Below, piece after piece: positions 17,230 through 26,493 of a stretch of DNA of 64,000 bases; the stretch's first letter is position 1; the number at the start of each line of letters is the position of its first letter. The position numbers were made by a program, and so were the translations under genes. The stretch comes from a virus (taxonomy: Duplodnaviria > Caudoviricetes): positions 7,140-71,139 of IMG/VR virus record IMGVR_UViG_3300013288_000001; one strand, given 5' to 3'. The notes beneath the pieces were generated by a model. That model saw nothing but the letters and a program-made list of their open reading frames with translations. It did no database searches and had not been told where the DNA came from.

Positions 17230-18560
17230 GCTGAAACTCCTCTCACATTAGCCAAAAGACGGGGGAACAGTCGGGCGCGATACTCGGCAAGGGTTTCACC
17301 GGGCAGGAAATCGAACTCTGGCGAGATGTGATCGTCCTCGACCGGCGGCGCAGTCGGTGTGGTATGGCTCAGGACGGGTTCCGGTTCGACGACGGCGGGT
17401 TGCATAGCCTTTCGCATCTCTAGCAGGCGCTTGGCTCCTGTATCGCAGCAGCGGCGGTAATTCTCAGCCATTCGGAATTGTGGAATGTAATCCGCCAGAG
17501 TGGAAGGCTTTTGCGGTAAAGTGGCATCCTCGAACTTGCCCTTGAACCAAATCCGCAAGCCGACAATCTCATAGGCTGCCAGCGGGTCTTCGCTTTGCTG
17601 GTGCGTAGACCACTCATCCCCCTTGCCCTTGATCTTCACCTTGCCAGTGAAAAAGTTCACCAGTTTCTGAATGTGGCTAAACTCACTCGGTCGTTTCGGT
17701 TCCTGCAAACCGAAGTAGTAGCGCACGGCCAATTGGCACATCTCCCGACCAGTCCAATCTGGCTCAGTCGGCTTCGGCGGTTCTGGCGCGGGGGTTTCCT
17801 GGACGGGTGTTGGTTCTGACTCGGTGACAGGCTGTACTGGCAAGTCATTCGCTAACCAGTCATCAATTTCGCCCATTGGCGAAAAGTCGTCCGCCGCTGC
17901 CGAAGGCGCGGCAATAGGTTTTTCTCTATGAGTAGTCTCTGAGGTAGTCTCTGTTGTAGTCTCTGTATTAGAAATGACGTTTCCCGTCAGGGGTATGACG
18001 GCAGATGTCAGGGGGGTATGACGGGAAATGTCAGGGGGTATGACGGGAAATGTCAGGGGGGTATCGGCTTTAAGGATGGTGTCATTTGTGATTTTGACAC
18101 GCTTTAGCCAGAGATTTTGGTAGTCTTTTTCAGTCAAACTGACCACCCCTACCTCCATCCAAAGCTTCATGCGTTTCTCAAATTCAGACCAGTTCACCCT
18201 GATCCAGGGAGCGCATAGGCCGCGCTCTCCATGCACTTCGTAGACGATCAGATTGCGCTTTTGCAGACGCTCCAGGCAGTCTCGTATGGTGCGCTTGTTA
18301 ATCCGAGTCTCTGACCACCATTCAGCGTGGTTTTTGACCAACCATAAATGACCATCGCGCTGGCGGGTCAACCGTGGCTGGTTCGTTTCGGCATTGGGTT
18401 CATGCCAGAACATAATCTGGGCAAAGACATCAGCGTCAAAACGGTTGCCCTCATTGATGTCAATGTAAGACAGTGGAGTGAACACACCCCGGCGGGATTC
18501 ATGCCGACTGGCAATCCAGTTGCGGGCAAATTCGTTGTCGATATAGCTGTACTGGGTCAT
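17226..18560 (-). CDS. phage replication initiator (start revised to ATG 18560)
   Basis: CAGGAG RBS before MTQYSY; winged-HTH-like N-terminus, TETTTETT linker, internal iterons, upstream of dnaB and dnaG. Confidence 0.75.
   Translation of the reverse strand: MTQYSYIDNEFARNWIASRHESRRGVFTPLSYIDINEGNRFDADVFAQIMFWHEPNAETNQPRLTRQRDGHLWLVKNHAEWWSETRINKRTIRDCLERLQKRNLIVYEVHGERGLCAPWIRVNWSEFEKRMKLWMEVGVVSLTEKDYQNLWLKRVKITNDTILKADTPLTFPVIPPDISRHTPLTSAVIPLTGNVISNTETTTETTSETTHREKPIAAPSAAADDFSPMGEIDDWLANDLPVQPVTESEPTPVQETPAPEPPKPTEPDWTGREMCQLAVRYYFGLQEPKRPSEFSHIQKLVNFFTGKVKIKGKGDEWSTHQQSEDPLAAYEIVGLRIWFKGKFEDATLPQKPSTLADYIPQFRMAENYRRCCDTGAKRLLEMRKAMQPAVVEPEPVLSHTTPTAPPVEDDHISPEFDFLPGETLAEYRARLFPRLLANVRGVSA
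17932..17967. repeat. 3 x 12-nt tandem repeat GTAGTCTCTGnn
   Basis: Encodes the TETTTETTSETT linker of the initiator. Confidence 0.8.
17986..18064. repeat. four iterons GTCA(G)4-6TATGACG(GGAAAT), probable replication origin
   Basis: 21-23 nt direct repeats inside the initiator gene, as in lambdoid origins. Confidence 0.75.
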
Positions 18561-18630
18561 GATAAGCTCCTGATGGAACTTGTGTTCTGTTGTGTTGCCA
18601 AAAATAAGTGGTCTGTTGACCACCTTTAAC

Positions 18631-18659
18631 TTGCGCTGAGAGAAAAGCTATGCTATCTT
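18631..18659 (+). promoter_or_regulatory. antisense promoter facing away from the initiator gene
   Basis: TTGCGC-17-TATCTT with extended TGn. Confidence 0.6.
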
Positions 18660-18664
18660 CATGC

Positions 18665-18818
18665 AAGTAAGGTGTTCAAAGCAAACGAGAGGTACTACCC
18701 CCGGTAGTCCTTCTCCCGACAATCAATCGGTTGCACGCCGATTGATCCATGATGTTGGTGACTTGTGTTTGAACGCCTCGCGCCCGCCGCAAGCCCGCTG
18801 AAAAGCGGGTTTTGTTTT
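18665..18818 (+). ncRNA. candidate antisense RNA over the initiator leader
   Basis: Promoter, closing stem GTTCAAA/TTTGAAC, two internal hairpins, then a terminator. Confidence 0.55.
18791..18818 (+). terminator. intrinsic terminator
   Basis: AAGCCCGCT-GAAA-AGCGGGTTT followed by TGTTTT. Confidence 0.75.
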
Positions 18819-18945
18819 ACATCAATGCCATGTGTGCTACTCCAGTGTGTCACAAATATCACTTCAGAGAACCTCATGTTAGCACTTTTTTTGGAAGTCT
18901 CCAACTGAAAGTTAGAGACTCCAACAAGTTTGGGTAAATGACGGG

Positions 18946-19560
18946 CTAGAACGGGATTGGGTCTTCGGCCTTGTCCGGCTGTTTGGCTGGTTCTACTACC
19001 ATAGGGACGGTCAGCAGTGCTTCCAGCTTGTCGGTCAGCACCTTGCCCGTGTAGGAACGCATTCCCATGACCGGTGGCACCTTGCAGCCTTCATACGCCT
19101 TGATCGTGCCGCCGTCCTCAATGCGAGCGCGAAACAACTTATCCACGGCGCGGGTGTTGAGTGTGACCAGTTCCCGCCGGACGTTCCCCGGTGCTTCCGT
19201 GAGCGCCCAATCGAGCATGATCTGATCGTCAAATTGCAGCGTCCAGCCTTCAGCGCACTGGAAAGCGGCCCAGGTCTTTTCCCCGGTCAGCTTGAACAAT
19301 TCAACAGACTTCTCCTGAAGAGTCTGTTTTGCGTTTGCCGCTGCTTTCTTGCTGGTTTCCAGGCTTCTGATTAAGCCCTCATGCTTGCTTATAAACTCTG
19401 AATATGCCGCGTCGTATTCGGCCTGAAGTTTGGCGGTTTTATCGTCCACTTCTTTCCAGGCACGAACGCCAATCTTGAGGCTTTCCCGGATGGCATCAGC
19501 CTCTTGCATCGCCTCAAGTTCTTCAGGCCCGTCTATCAGCATGTCTTTTGTCTCCGTCAT
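18946..19560 (-). CDS. coiled-coil recombination-region protein (Gam/Gp157-like guess) with SSB-like tail
   Basis: Long N-terminal coiled coil; next to the annealase; ends AEDPIPF. Confidence 0.55.
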   Translation of the reverse strand: MTETKDMLIDGPEELEAMQEADAIRESLKIGVRAWKEVDDKTAKLQAEYDAAYSEFISKHEGLIRSLETSKKAAANAKQTLQEKSVELFKLTGEKTWAAFQCAEGWTLQFDDQIMLDWALTEAPGNVRRELVTLNTRAVDKLFRARIEDGGTIKAYEGCKVPPVMGMRSYTGKVLTDKLEALLTVPMVVEPAKQPDKAEDPIPF

Positions 19561-19613
19561 CTGGCACTCCTTTCCAAGAGGGACGAGCGTTACCCCGCCC
19601 CTCCCCTACTCGA

Positions 19614-21185
19614 CTAGAACGGCATGTCGCTCTCAGGTGCCAGGGACATCAGTCCATCGGTGGCAACCTGCATGTACTTCTGGTTGTCCTTGCCCGCCCA
19701 TTCCCAGTCAATGCCGAGCGGCGCAAGGTTGGCTTCAGAGAACAGGTATTCCTTACCCTTCTCCCAGGTCTCGGCAAAGGCGGCGTAGTCCTCGCCCAGC
19801 GCCCGCAACTGATCCCGGCCCCACAGCTTGATTGCCCCTACTGCGGTCACAAACTCAGTGTACTGACCCTGATAGCGGGCCTTGTAGCAGACGACCTGGG
19901 TCTTGTTATTGCGTGCCTTAGCCGACAGCATGGCGCGGGCTTCGGCTAAACTGCTGTAGTGCTTATCCACGGTGCTGCCGGCGTATTCCAGCCAAATAGC
20001 GACTGTGGCTTCATCCAGGCCGATGTAGTCCTGGTTAATGACTTCCTGCCACGCCTTCAGCTGCGAGTCTGTCCAGCCTGCCGTGTTCAAGGTGTCTAAT
20101 GCTGACTTCGGCGCGGCGGGTGGCTGCTGTGCCAGTTTCTTCTGGATAGCGACGATCACCCCGGACGGCGCTCCAAAGGGCTTCCAGCTATCCTTGACGG
20201 TGTGGTTCTGGACGTTCAGCATCGCGGCGGCTTCATCCAGCGTCATGTTCAACTGCGACTGGAGCAGATCGCGCAGGGCTTGCAGTGGATCACCGGCGGG
20301 TTGTGTTGTACCACTCGCTACAGGCGGCTCCGACATCGGTTGGGGTGCAGGTGCAGCTTCCGGCGCGGGTTGTGGATGAGCGGCGGCATGAGCAGCTTTA
20401 ATCGCCTGCCCTGCTGCGTTGGCACCGGCGTACTTGCTCCATGCTGCTAAGTCATCAACGTTGTCTACACCGGCGTAGCGGGCGACTTCTTCCCGGCTGA
20501 TACCCAGTGAAGCCATCGCTCTATTCACCAACTCAGTCACCAGCGCGGCGGTCGGCCATTCGACCTTGGTGGCACTGCCAGAGACGATGAGCGATCCGTC
20601 TACCGGGTCAATCTCGGCATCGGGATTCATCTCCTCAATCATGTACAAGCCCGCGGTAGCATCGCCGCCTTCCATGCGGCATCCCGTCGCAGCAGCCCGC
20701 CAGATGAGCATTTCGGCGGGATACTTACGCCAGTTGTCTTTGCCTGTCAGACCGGCTTTAGAAGCCATATCCAGTGTGTAGGTGTATGTCCGCCATTCCC
20801 CGCCCGGACGACGCACTTTGACGGTAGCTGAGTCTTTAACGGTGCCAGGGTCAGGCAGTTCGACGGAAAAGCCGTGCCGTCGTAACAGGGAAACCATACC
20901 CTGAGCCGATAGCGTGGGTTTGCCATCGACCGCGTAGATCAACTGAAGCGCGGTCATGGGAGGGAAACCCAACTCGTAACCGTACATGCTGATAAAGAAG
21001 GCATCGGCCTCTTTTTGAGCGATGTTAGACGCCTTGCTCTTAACCAGTCCAGACGCAGCGGCGGCCTTGCACATCGCCTGAATGGTCAGCACATCGTTCA
21101 TGGATGGCACCGTGGCGCGGCGCAGGTCTACGCCGCTGGTAGGAACAATGCTGAGTTCGCTGGTATTTGATGACAGATCGGACAT
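19614..21185 (-). CDS. recT: RecT-like single-strand annealing protein with long C-terminal extension
   Basis: GYELGFPPMTALQLIYAVDGKPTLSA and NWRKYPAEML.WRA motifs; ends ESDMPF. Confidence 0.7.
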   Translation of the reverse strand: MSDLSSNTSELSIVPTSGVDLRRATVPSMNDVLTIQAMCKAAAASGLVKSKASNIAQKEADAFFISMYGYELGFPPMTALQLIYAVDGKPTLSAQGMVSLLRRHGFSVELPDPGTVKDSATVKVRRPGGEWRTYTYTLDMASKAGLTGKDNWRKYPAEMLIWRAAATGCRMEGGDATAGLYMIEEMNPDAEIDPVDGSLIVSGSATKVEWPTAALVTELVNRAMASLGISREEVARYAGVDNVDDLAAWSKYAGANAAGQAIKAAHAAAHPQPAPEAAPAPQPMSEPPVASGTTQPAGDPLQALRDLLQSQLNMTLDEAAAMLNVQNHTVKDSWKPFGAPSGVIVAIQKKLAQQPPAAPKSALDTLNTAGWTDSQLKAWQEVINQDYIGLDEATVAIWLEYAGSTVDKHYSSLAEARAMLSAKARNNKTQVVCYKARYQGQYTEFVTAVGAIKLWGRDQLRALGEDYAAFAETWEKGKEYLFSEANLAPLGIDWEWAGKDNQKYMQVATDGLMSLAPESDMPF

Positions 21186-21249
21186 GTGGTATGCTCTTTC
21201 CTGGGACGCATTAACCCCTTAAGTTGTAGCGTCCCAAACGATGGGCCTG

Positions 21250-21570
21250 CTAAACAGCAGGCTTTTCAATTACCAAAAGTGACTGCGGCGGGCAGATCAT
21301 GAGCGCCCGCACTGGCTGAACATCGGTTGCCTTGACGTACTGGAAGCCGTACCAGCCGTCCGGCTGGAACCCGACCCACCATCCGTCCCGTGCATTCAGA
21401 ATGCGCTCCATCACTACCCCACGCACAGGCTTATCATGGATAACCGCGATGGCGGGGCCTGCGACCAACCCTTCCGGCAGGAAGTGCCGTACCGGACGCT
21501 GAGGCGGTGGCAACGGCTTGCGACTGCTGAAAGTCGGTGTACGCCGATAAGCGAAAGAGGTCTCGCTCAT
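21250..21570 (-). CDS. hypothetical protein
   Basis: 106-aa ORF. Confidence 0.5.
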   Translation of the reverse strand: MSETSFAYRRTPTFSSRKPLPPPQRPVRHFLPEGLVAGPAIAVIHDKPVRGVVMERILNARDGWWVGFQPDGWYGFQYVKATDVQPVRALMICPPQSLLVIEKPAV

Positions 21571-21872
21571 TTTTCGACGCTCACAATGGCATCGCCGCGC
21601 AGCAGGACGGTCAGGAAACGATCCTTATGCGACATGCTTTGCTGGTCGAACTGGCTGTGCCAAACGGTAGCCCGGTAGTAGCGCACACCATAGCGCGTCT
21701 TGTAGGCTTCCTGGAGTGAGATCACCTCACTGTTGCGGTGGTAAACGTAGACCATGCCCAGCGGTTCACCGGAGTCGCCGCCGTCCACCAGCCCATTCAG
21801 GTACACCTCTTCCACGGTGTGCGGGGTAGCCTCAATGGGCGATAGGATTTGATCGAGGGTTGGAGGGAACAT
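21567..21872 (-). CDS. hypothetical protein
   Basis: 101-aa ORF. Confidence 0.55.
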   Translation of the reverse strand: MFPPTLDQILSPIEATPHTVEEVYLNGLVDGGDSGEPLGMVYVYHRNSEVISLQEAYKTRYGVRYYRATVWHSQFDQQSMSHKDRFLTVLLRGDAIVSVEK

Positions 21873-22327
21873 TATCGCAACTCCAATTCCATCTGGCGTT
21901 CGTCGTAGGCGGGGAACGGCGCGGCGTTCGGGTAAAGTGGTTGCAGGCGGGAACCGGGCTTCTCAGCCGTGATGTTCAGTTGAGACGCCGCGTAGCTACG
22001 GGCCATCTCAATGCCCTCTCTGACACTGCCCACCTTCTGAGTCCAGACGATCCACGCCCCCATCCAGACGATGACGCGATAGCCACTGTAAGCCGGACGC
22101 GCTGGCACCTTGTAGTTGCACTCGGTGGCATACCAACGCATGATCCCGTCATCACCTTCCTTCTGGTAGCGCAGGATGCTCATGTGCGTGCCACCCTGCC
22201 CCGACATGGTTTCCACCGTTGCGGAGACCTTCAGACCGTAGTCCTTGTTCTCCAGGTTGTAGCCTAACTCTGTCTCCCCCACTTGCCGGGAGCCGGGAGG
22301 CGGGCTGCTGCGTCGTTTCGGTTGCAT
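21872..22327 (-). CDS. hypothetical protein, first gene of the leftward early operon
   Basis: GGAGG RBS; LexA box 40 nt upstream. Confidence 0.6.
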   Translation of the reverse strand: MQPKRRSSPPPGSRQVGETELGYNLENKDYGLKVSATVETMSGQGGTHMSILRYQKEGDDGIMRWYATECNYKVPARPAYSGYRVIVWMGAWIVWTQKVGSVREGIEMARSYAASQLNITAEKPGSRLQPLYPNAAPFPAYDERQMELELR

Positions 22328-22367
22328 TCTGTCCTCCTGTCAATCCATCTATGGTCACAAAATCGAG

Positions 22368-22381
22368 CGAACAAACGTTCT
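22368..22381. promoter_or_regulatory. LexA (SOS) box
   Basis: CGAAC-AAAC-GTTCT in an intergenic control region. Confidence 0.7.
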
Positions 22382-22475
22382 TAAAACAGAGACAAAAAGC
22401 CCTACGGATACTCGCTTTTATGCGACTATGCGCTTATTCGATATTCGCTATAGGCTTTAAGTGATTTACAATTCC

Positions 22476-22514
22476 AACATGATATTTATACCATGTTTTT
22501 GATGAAAACATCAA
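22476..22514. promoter_or_regulatory. two adjacent palindromes, candidate operators
   Basis: AACATG-N10-CATGTT and TTGATG-N4-CATCAA in an AT-rich divergent region. Confidence 0.45.
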
Positions 22515-22596
22515 GTTAATGTTTAATTGAGAAAAATTAATTGATGCTATTGATTTTTCCATTAGTGTTGAGATACAATTCAGAAAGGGAACGAAA

Positions 22597-22821
22597 ATGG
22601 AGAAAGAGCGCGATTTGGTTACAACCCAGATAGATCGTGATGTCCACACCGCCATGACGCTGATGAAGAAAATGTACAAGAAGCGTCGGCACTCGGATGC
22701 TTTGCGAGCATTCATCGCCCAGCATGACCCGGCTTTAATCGCAGCGGTACGCCAGATTGAGAATCTGAACCGCTCCGCTGAAGACGGCACGTTATCGGAA
22801 GACCATGACAGCGACACATGA
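22597..22821 (+). CDS. small regulator, ribbon-helix-helix-like
   Basis: VTTQID strand followed by two helices; located in the control region. Confidence 0.5.
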   Translation: MEKERDLVTTQIDRDVHTAMTLMKKMYKKRRHSDALRAFIAQHDPALIAAVRQIENLNRSAEDGTLSEDHDSDT

Positions 22822-22883
22822 CCAGGGTTAAGGTTGCGTTGTACTTCAACTAAAGGGGATTTCGTAAAGGAGATGTGCTTTTC

Positions 22884-23099
22884 ATGTCCGATGAGCAGAG
22901 CAGTCGTCTTACAAGTCGAATCCCTGTTTCGCCAGAGGTACATCAGCGGTTGCGCGATTTCGCCAGCGGTCTGGATGCAACCTACGATGAAGCGCTGGAC
23001 TACATACTGGACATCCTGACCGAAGGCAGTAATCCCATGCTGAAAGGTCTGGAGCATCGCCCGAAGTTCCAGGGCTGGATGGGAGTGGATGAAACCTAA
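22884..23099 (+). CDS. ribbon-helix-helix DNA-binding protein
   Basis: SRIPVSPEVHQRLRDFA...TYDEALDYIL pattern. Confidence 0.65.
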   Translation: MSDEQSSRLTSRIPVSPEVHQRLRDFASGLDATYDEALDYILDILTEGSNPMLKGLEHRPKFQGWMGVDET

Positions 23100-23370
23100 G
23101 CCAACCATAACGGGTCACTTTCACAGGGGGCGGGCTTCTGCCGCCCTTGGATGTTATGTTTCGTTATCTTCTCTTAACTGAATTGTAAACGTTGTCAGCG
23201 TTGTAAATAAAAAAGTAAGCTATTCAGTTTGTGGTGATAGTATATCTGAAATTGGTATAGAATTGAGGAACCTGTTTGGTACGAGTTTTTTAACAATTCA
23301 GACCGCAGGTTCACGGAAAATTGGGGAAAAATTCATAAGTGGCGTTTTGGTGAGGGAGAACGAGGGCAAT

Positions 23371-24327
23371 ATGAGCGAGGCAGACACAACCATCCGCATT
23401 ATCGAACCGCTATCCGAGAGCGCGGCCCGTGAGCAAATCGGGACGATCCGGGATGGTTGGCACCTGATTCAAACCGTTGGACAGGATTTGCGGGCCTCTA
23501 TCATTGATTTTGACGAAAGATTAGGTTGGAAAGCGCTAGGTTACTCAAGTCTTGCTCAATGCTTTGAGAAGGAACTGGGCAAGAGTTTCCAGACGGGCTA
23601 CCGGCAGTTGAAGGTGGCATTGGTCGAGCGCAACATCCGGACTCACTCTGACCTGCCCTCCCCTATCCCGGAACGTCACGTCCGTGGCACGGGATTGGCC
23701 CAGCTTCAGCCGGTCGAACAGGCGGAGGCTTATCAGAACGCACGGCAGATGGCGGCAGCTGAGGGCAAGCCTAGCCCGACAGCGGAGCATGTGAAGCGCA
23801 GTGTGCAGATCATTACATCCCGGTTAGAGGTCTACACCACGCCTTACCATGTGGTCAGTCATATGGTGACACGCGGTGAGATCACGGTGACAGCGGCTAA
23901 GGCCATGACGGAGGCGCTGGATAAGCTGGCACCGAAGATCCGGGGCATGGTGGTACAACTCATCGCCCGCTACGGTCTGACCTGCCCCGACCTGGTTTCG
24001 CCCTTGGGTGAAATGTTCAGTCGGGAAGGTACGCCAAAAGCGTCCAAGGTACTGGCGACGGTGCTGGCGACGGGGTATCTCGGCAGTACGGCGCTGAAGA
24101 GTGCCAACCTGACTGACTTGGCAGAGGCCAAAGAGGAAGCGCGGTTAGAACATATCGCAGAGGCCGTATCCCAAAAATCACATTTGGGATACACGGTGCA
24201 AGCGGTGATCGTGACGGTGTACCGGGGCAATGCCAAGCGGACGCTGAAGGCGCTGAAAGAGGCGCTGAGTCTGGATGATCTGGCGGCGCTGGCGGGTTTA
24301 CTGGAGGAAGAGCGGGAACGTGTGTAG
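23371..24327 (+). CDS. hypothetical protein with WKALGYSS...ELG helical domain
   Basis: 318-aa ORF with GAGG RBS; this domain type is common in phage DNA-binding proteins. Confidence 0.6.
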   Translation: MSEADTTIRIIEPLSESAAREQIGTIRDGWHLIQTVGQDLRASIIDFDERLGWKALGYSSLAQCFEKELGKSFQTGYRQLKVALVERNIRTHSDLPSPIPERHVRGTGLAQLQPVEQAEAYQNARQMAAAEGKPSPTAEHVKRSVQIITSRLEVYTTPYHVVSHMVTRGEITVTAAKAMTEALDKLAPKIRGMVVQLIARYGLTCPDLVSPLGEMFSREGTPKASKVLATVLATGYLGSTALKSANLTDLAEAKEEARLEHIAEAVSQKSHLGYTVQAVIVTVYRGNAKRTLKALKEALSLDDLAALAGLLEEERERV

Positions 24328-24336
24328 CCTGGAAAC

Positions 24337-24367
24337 GAAATGACCTGCGTAGTCAGCAGGCCATTTC
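24337..24367. terminator. hairpin between convergent genes
   Basis: GAAATGACCTGC/GCAGGCCATTTC, 11 of 12 pairs. Confidence 0.5.
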
Positions 24368-24420
24368 AGGGAGACTTGTGTGTGTTACACGCTACTAGGA
24401 TAACAAATTTGTTCTACACG

Positions 24421-24912
24421 TCAATCGTTATCCGTCCGCCCCTGTAGCCTCCCCTTCTCGATCAGCAGCCGTTCGTAGTCTGATCGCACCTGTGCCAGTT
24501 CCTTTTCCGCCCGTTCCCGCAGTGCCTTATCGACCGCGCTGGCCGTTTCAAAAGGTTTGAGGCGTTCGAGTTCGGCGGTCAGGCGTTCGTTCTCATCTTC
24601 CAGTTCACTCACGCGCTGGCGATACAAGGCCAGTTGCCCGCCGGGTGAAGTGGAGATGACCGCCAGCGCACTTTCCGGCGGCGCGGCCCTGCTCCCGGCA
24701 GCCAGTGAAGCGGCGATACTCTCCAGTGTTTTGCCTTCCCGCTTCATGGTAGCAACCAGAGTCAGGACGGTCAGGTCATCTTCGGTGATCCGCCGATGAC
24801 CGGAACCGGGGTTGGCATGAGGGCTAAGGTAGGCCGCAAACTCCTGGCACCAGTTGGTAATGGTCTGGCGATGCACCTGGAACATGCTGGCGATCTGGTT
24901 GGTGGTGAACAT
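24421..24912 (-). CDS. MerR-type HTH plus coiled-coil protein (RacA/TubY-like architecture)
   Basis: FTTNQIASMFQVHRQTITNW...RRITEDDL; C-terminal heptads; divergent from parM. Confidence 0.8.
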   Translation of the reverse strand: MFTTNQIASMFQVHRQTITNWCQEFAAYLSPHANPGSGHRRITEDDLTVLTLVATMKREGKTLESIAASLAAGSRAAPPESALAVISTSPGGQLALYRQRVSELEDENERLTAELERLKPFETASAVDKALRERAEKELAQVRSDYERLLIEKGRLQGRTDND

Positions 24913-24960
24913 AGCATCACTTTAACAGTTGGATACGAAGTCGCGCTACTTTGGATTTGG

Positions 24961-25153
24961 TTCGCGTTTTGAAAATGAGAAACGCAAAACAGAACGCGAG
25001 TTCCATTGAAAAAACACAAACCATTCGTCATAGTTTGTGAAAATTCGCAAAGTAGTGCGAAACGCGAAACGAAAACGCAAAGTACGTCGAAGTGGTCAAT
25101 TTTGAAGGTTGGCCTTGATTTGCAGGATTATTTATATAAAGTCTTTATATAAA
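24961..25153. repeat. dispersed AAACGC(A/G)AA repeats and tandem TTTATATAAA palindromes, candidate parC/operator
   Basis: About five AAACGC(A/G)A-type units between 24961 and 25081; TTTATATAAA at 25131-25140 and 25144-25153. Confidence 0.5.
24991..25004. promoter_or_regulatory. LexA (SOS) box
   Basis: AGAAC-GCGA-GTTCC in the merR/parM divergent spacer. Confidence 0.5.
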
Positions 25154-25187
25154 TGGCAAGACTTATTGTTCTAACAAGGAGGATTGA

Positions 25188-26483
25188 ATGACGACAAAAA
25201 CCCCGAAAGCACGAAAGGTGAAAGCCAAGGACATCCCGATTTACTGGGCCGCCAGCAAGATCAAGCTGGAACCGGAACGCCTGGAGCGATTGGATAAGGT
25301 GTTGGGCTTCGAGGGCGGGAACGGGAAATGCGCCCTGGTCTACCTGAATGACGACTCGGAGATTGTGCGCTCGATCATGCCGAATGCCCGCATGATGATT
25401 TCCGGGCAGCAGACGGAACGGGCGGCAGGTGCAGTCATGCGCGTCCCTTTTGCCGAGTTCCAGGGAACCCGCTGGGCATACAGCGATGCCATCTTCAACA
25501 TCCCTGGCGGACGAGTGGATGCTTTCCAGGGCAGCGAGGAACGCTACGGCAGTGCCGAACACATCTTCTCCCTGCTGGTGATGATGGCTGAGAATGACCT
25601 GCCAGACGGGGCGTATCGCTTGCTGGTGACAGTGCCGCCGGGGTTCTACTCACAGGTGGAAAGCCGCGTCATCCAGCGCTTCATGGCGGGCGATCCGCTC
25701 AAGGTCAACAAGCGCGATGAACCCAGCGGGGTATGGCAGATTACGCTGTCCAAGGACAACATCCGCCGTACCTACAGCTTCTCGAACGTCAAGGTCATCA
25801 TGGAAGCAGCGGACGCGGGCTATGCGGCGTTCTGCTATGACCTAAACGGGAACATCGTGCGGGTGAACGGCCCGGACGGTCAAGACTTGCTGAGTGGCAT
25901 GGTTCGGCTCTTAGACGCGGGTTTTGGCACGTTCGACTCGCCGACGCTCTTTGACGGGCAGTTGATCGAAGATCGCCTGCAATCTGCCAGCGACTCGCGG
26001 GGCGGGATTATGCACAATCTGGCGCGGCCTCTCATTGACAAGATCATTGAGACACAGCCGCAAGTGGGCAGCTGGCTTACCCCGGCACATGTGGACTACT
26101 GGTTGCGGCGCTATGCCACCGGTTACACCGATGCCAATGGGAATGCAGTTACCGGCTGGACGGAAGCCTCCGGCACGGTCAGCATTGGCGGGAAGGCTAT
26201 TGGGCTGAAGGCCATGATTGACCATCTGAGCCAGGAATACGCCCGCACCTACATTTGGCCTAAGATCGTGGGTACGCCGGGGGACGCGGTCGATGCGCTG
26301 ATTGCCATCGGCGGGGGCTGGCTTTACACTCATAGCACCATTCAACAGTGGCACCGGGAATATCATGTTCCGACACGGTTTATCAGCTATCTGGACTTCC
26401 CACATCTCAAAAAGTTTAGCTGGGTGGACATCAACCTGGTTGGCATTATGCAGGTCGCTGCGCTTATCGACTGGTCTAAATAG
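25188..26483 (+). CDS. parM: actin-like segregation ATPase (ParM/StbA family)
   Basis: Phosphate-1 GFEGGNGK, connect IMEA, phosphate-2 LLDAGFGTFD, adenosine IAIGGG. Confidence 0.8.
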   Translation: MTTKTPKARKVKAKDIPIYWAASKIKLEPERLERLDKVLGFEGGNGKCALVYLNDDSEIVRSIMPNARMMISGQQTERAAGAVMRVPFAEFQGTRWAYSDAIFNIPGGRVDAFQGSEERYGSAEHIFSLLVMMAENDLPDGAYRLLVTVPPGFYSQVESRVIQRFMAGDPLKVNKRDEPSGVWQITLSKDNIRRTYSFSNVKVIMEAADAGYAAFCYDLNGNIVRVNGPDGQDLLSGMVRLLDAGFGTFDSPTLFDGQLIEDRLQSASDSRGGIMHNLARPLIDKIIETQPQVGSWLTPAHVDYWLRRYATGYTDANGNAVTGWTEASGTVSIGGKAIGLKAMIDHLSQEYARTYIWPKIVGTPGDAVDALIAIGGGWLYTHSTIQQWHREYHVPTRFISYLDFPHLKKFSWVDINLVGIMQVAALIDWSK

Positions 26484-26493
26484 GCAGGGATGT

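Noticed and set aside
24402-24413. AACAAATTTGTT palindrome as a LexA box
   Set aside because: Spacing and left half-site do not fit GAAC-N4-GTTC.
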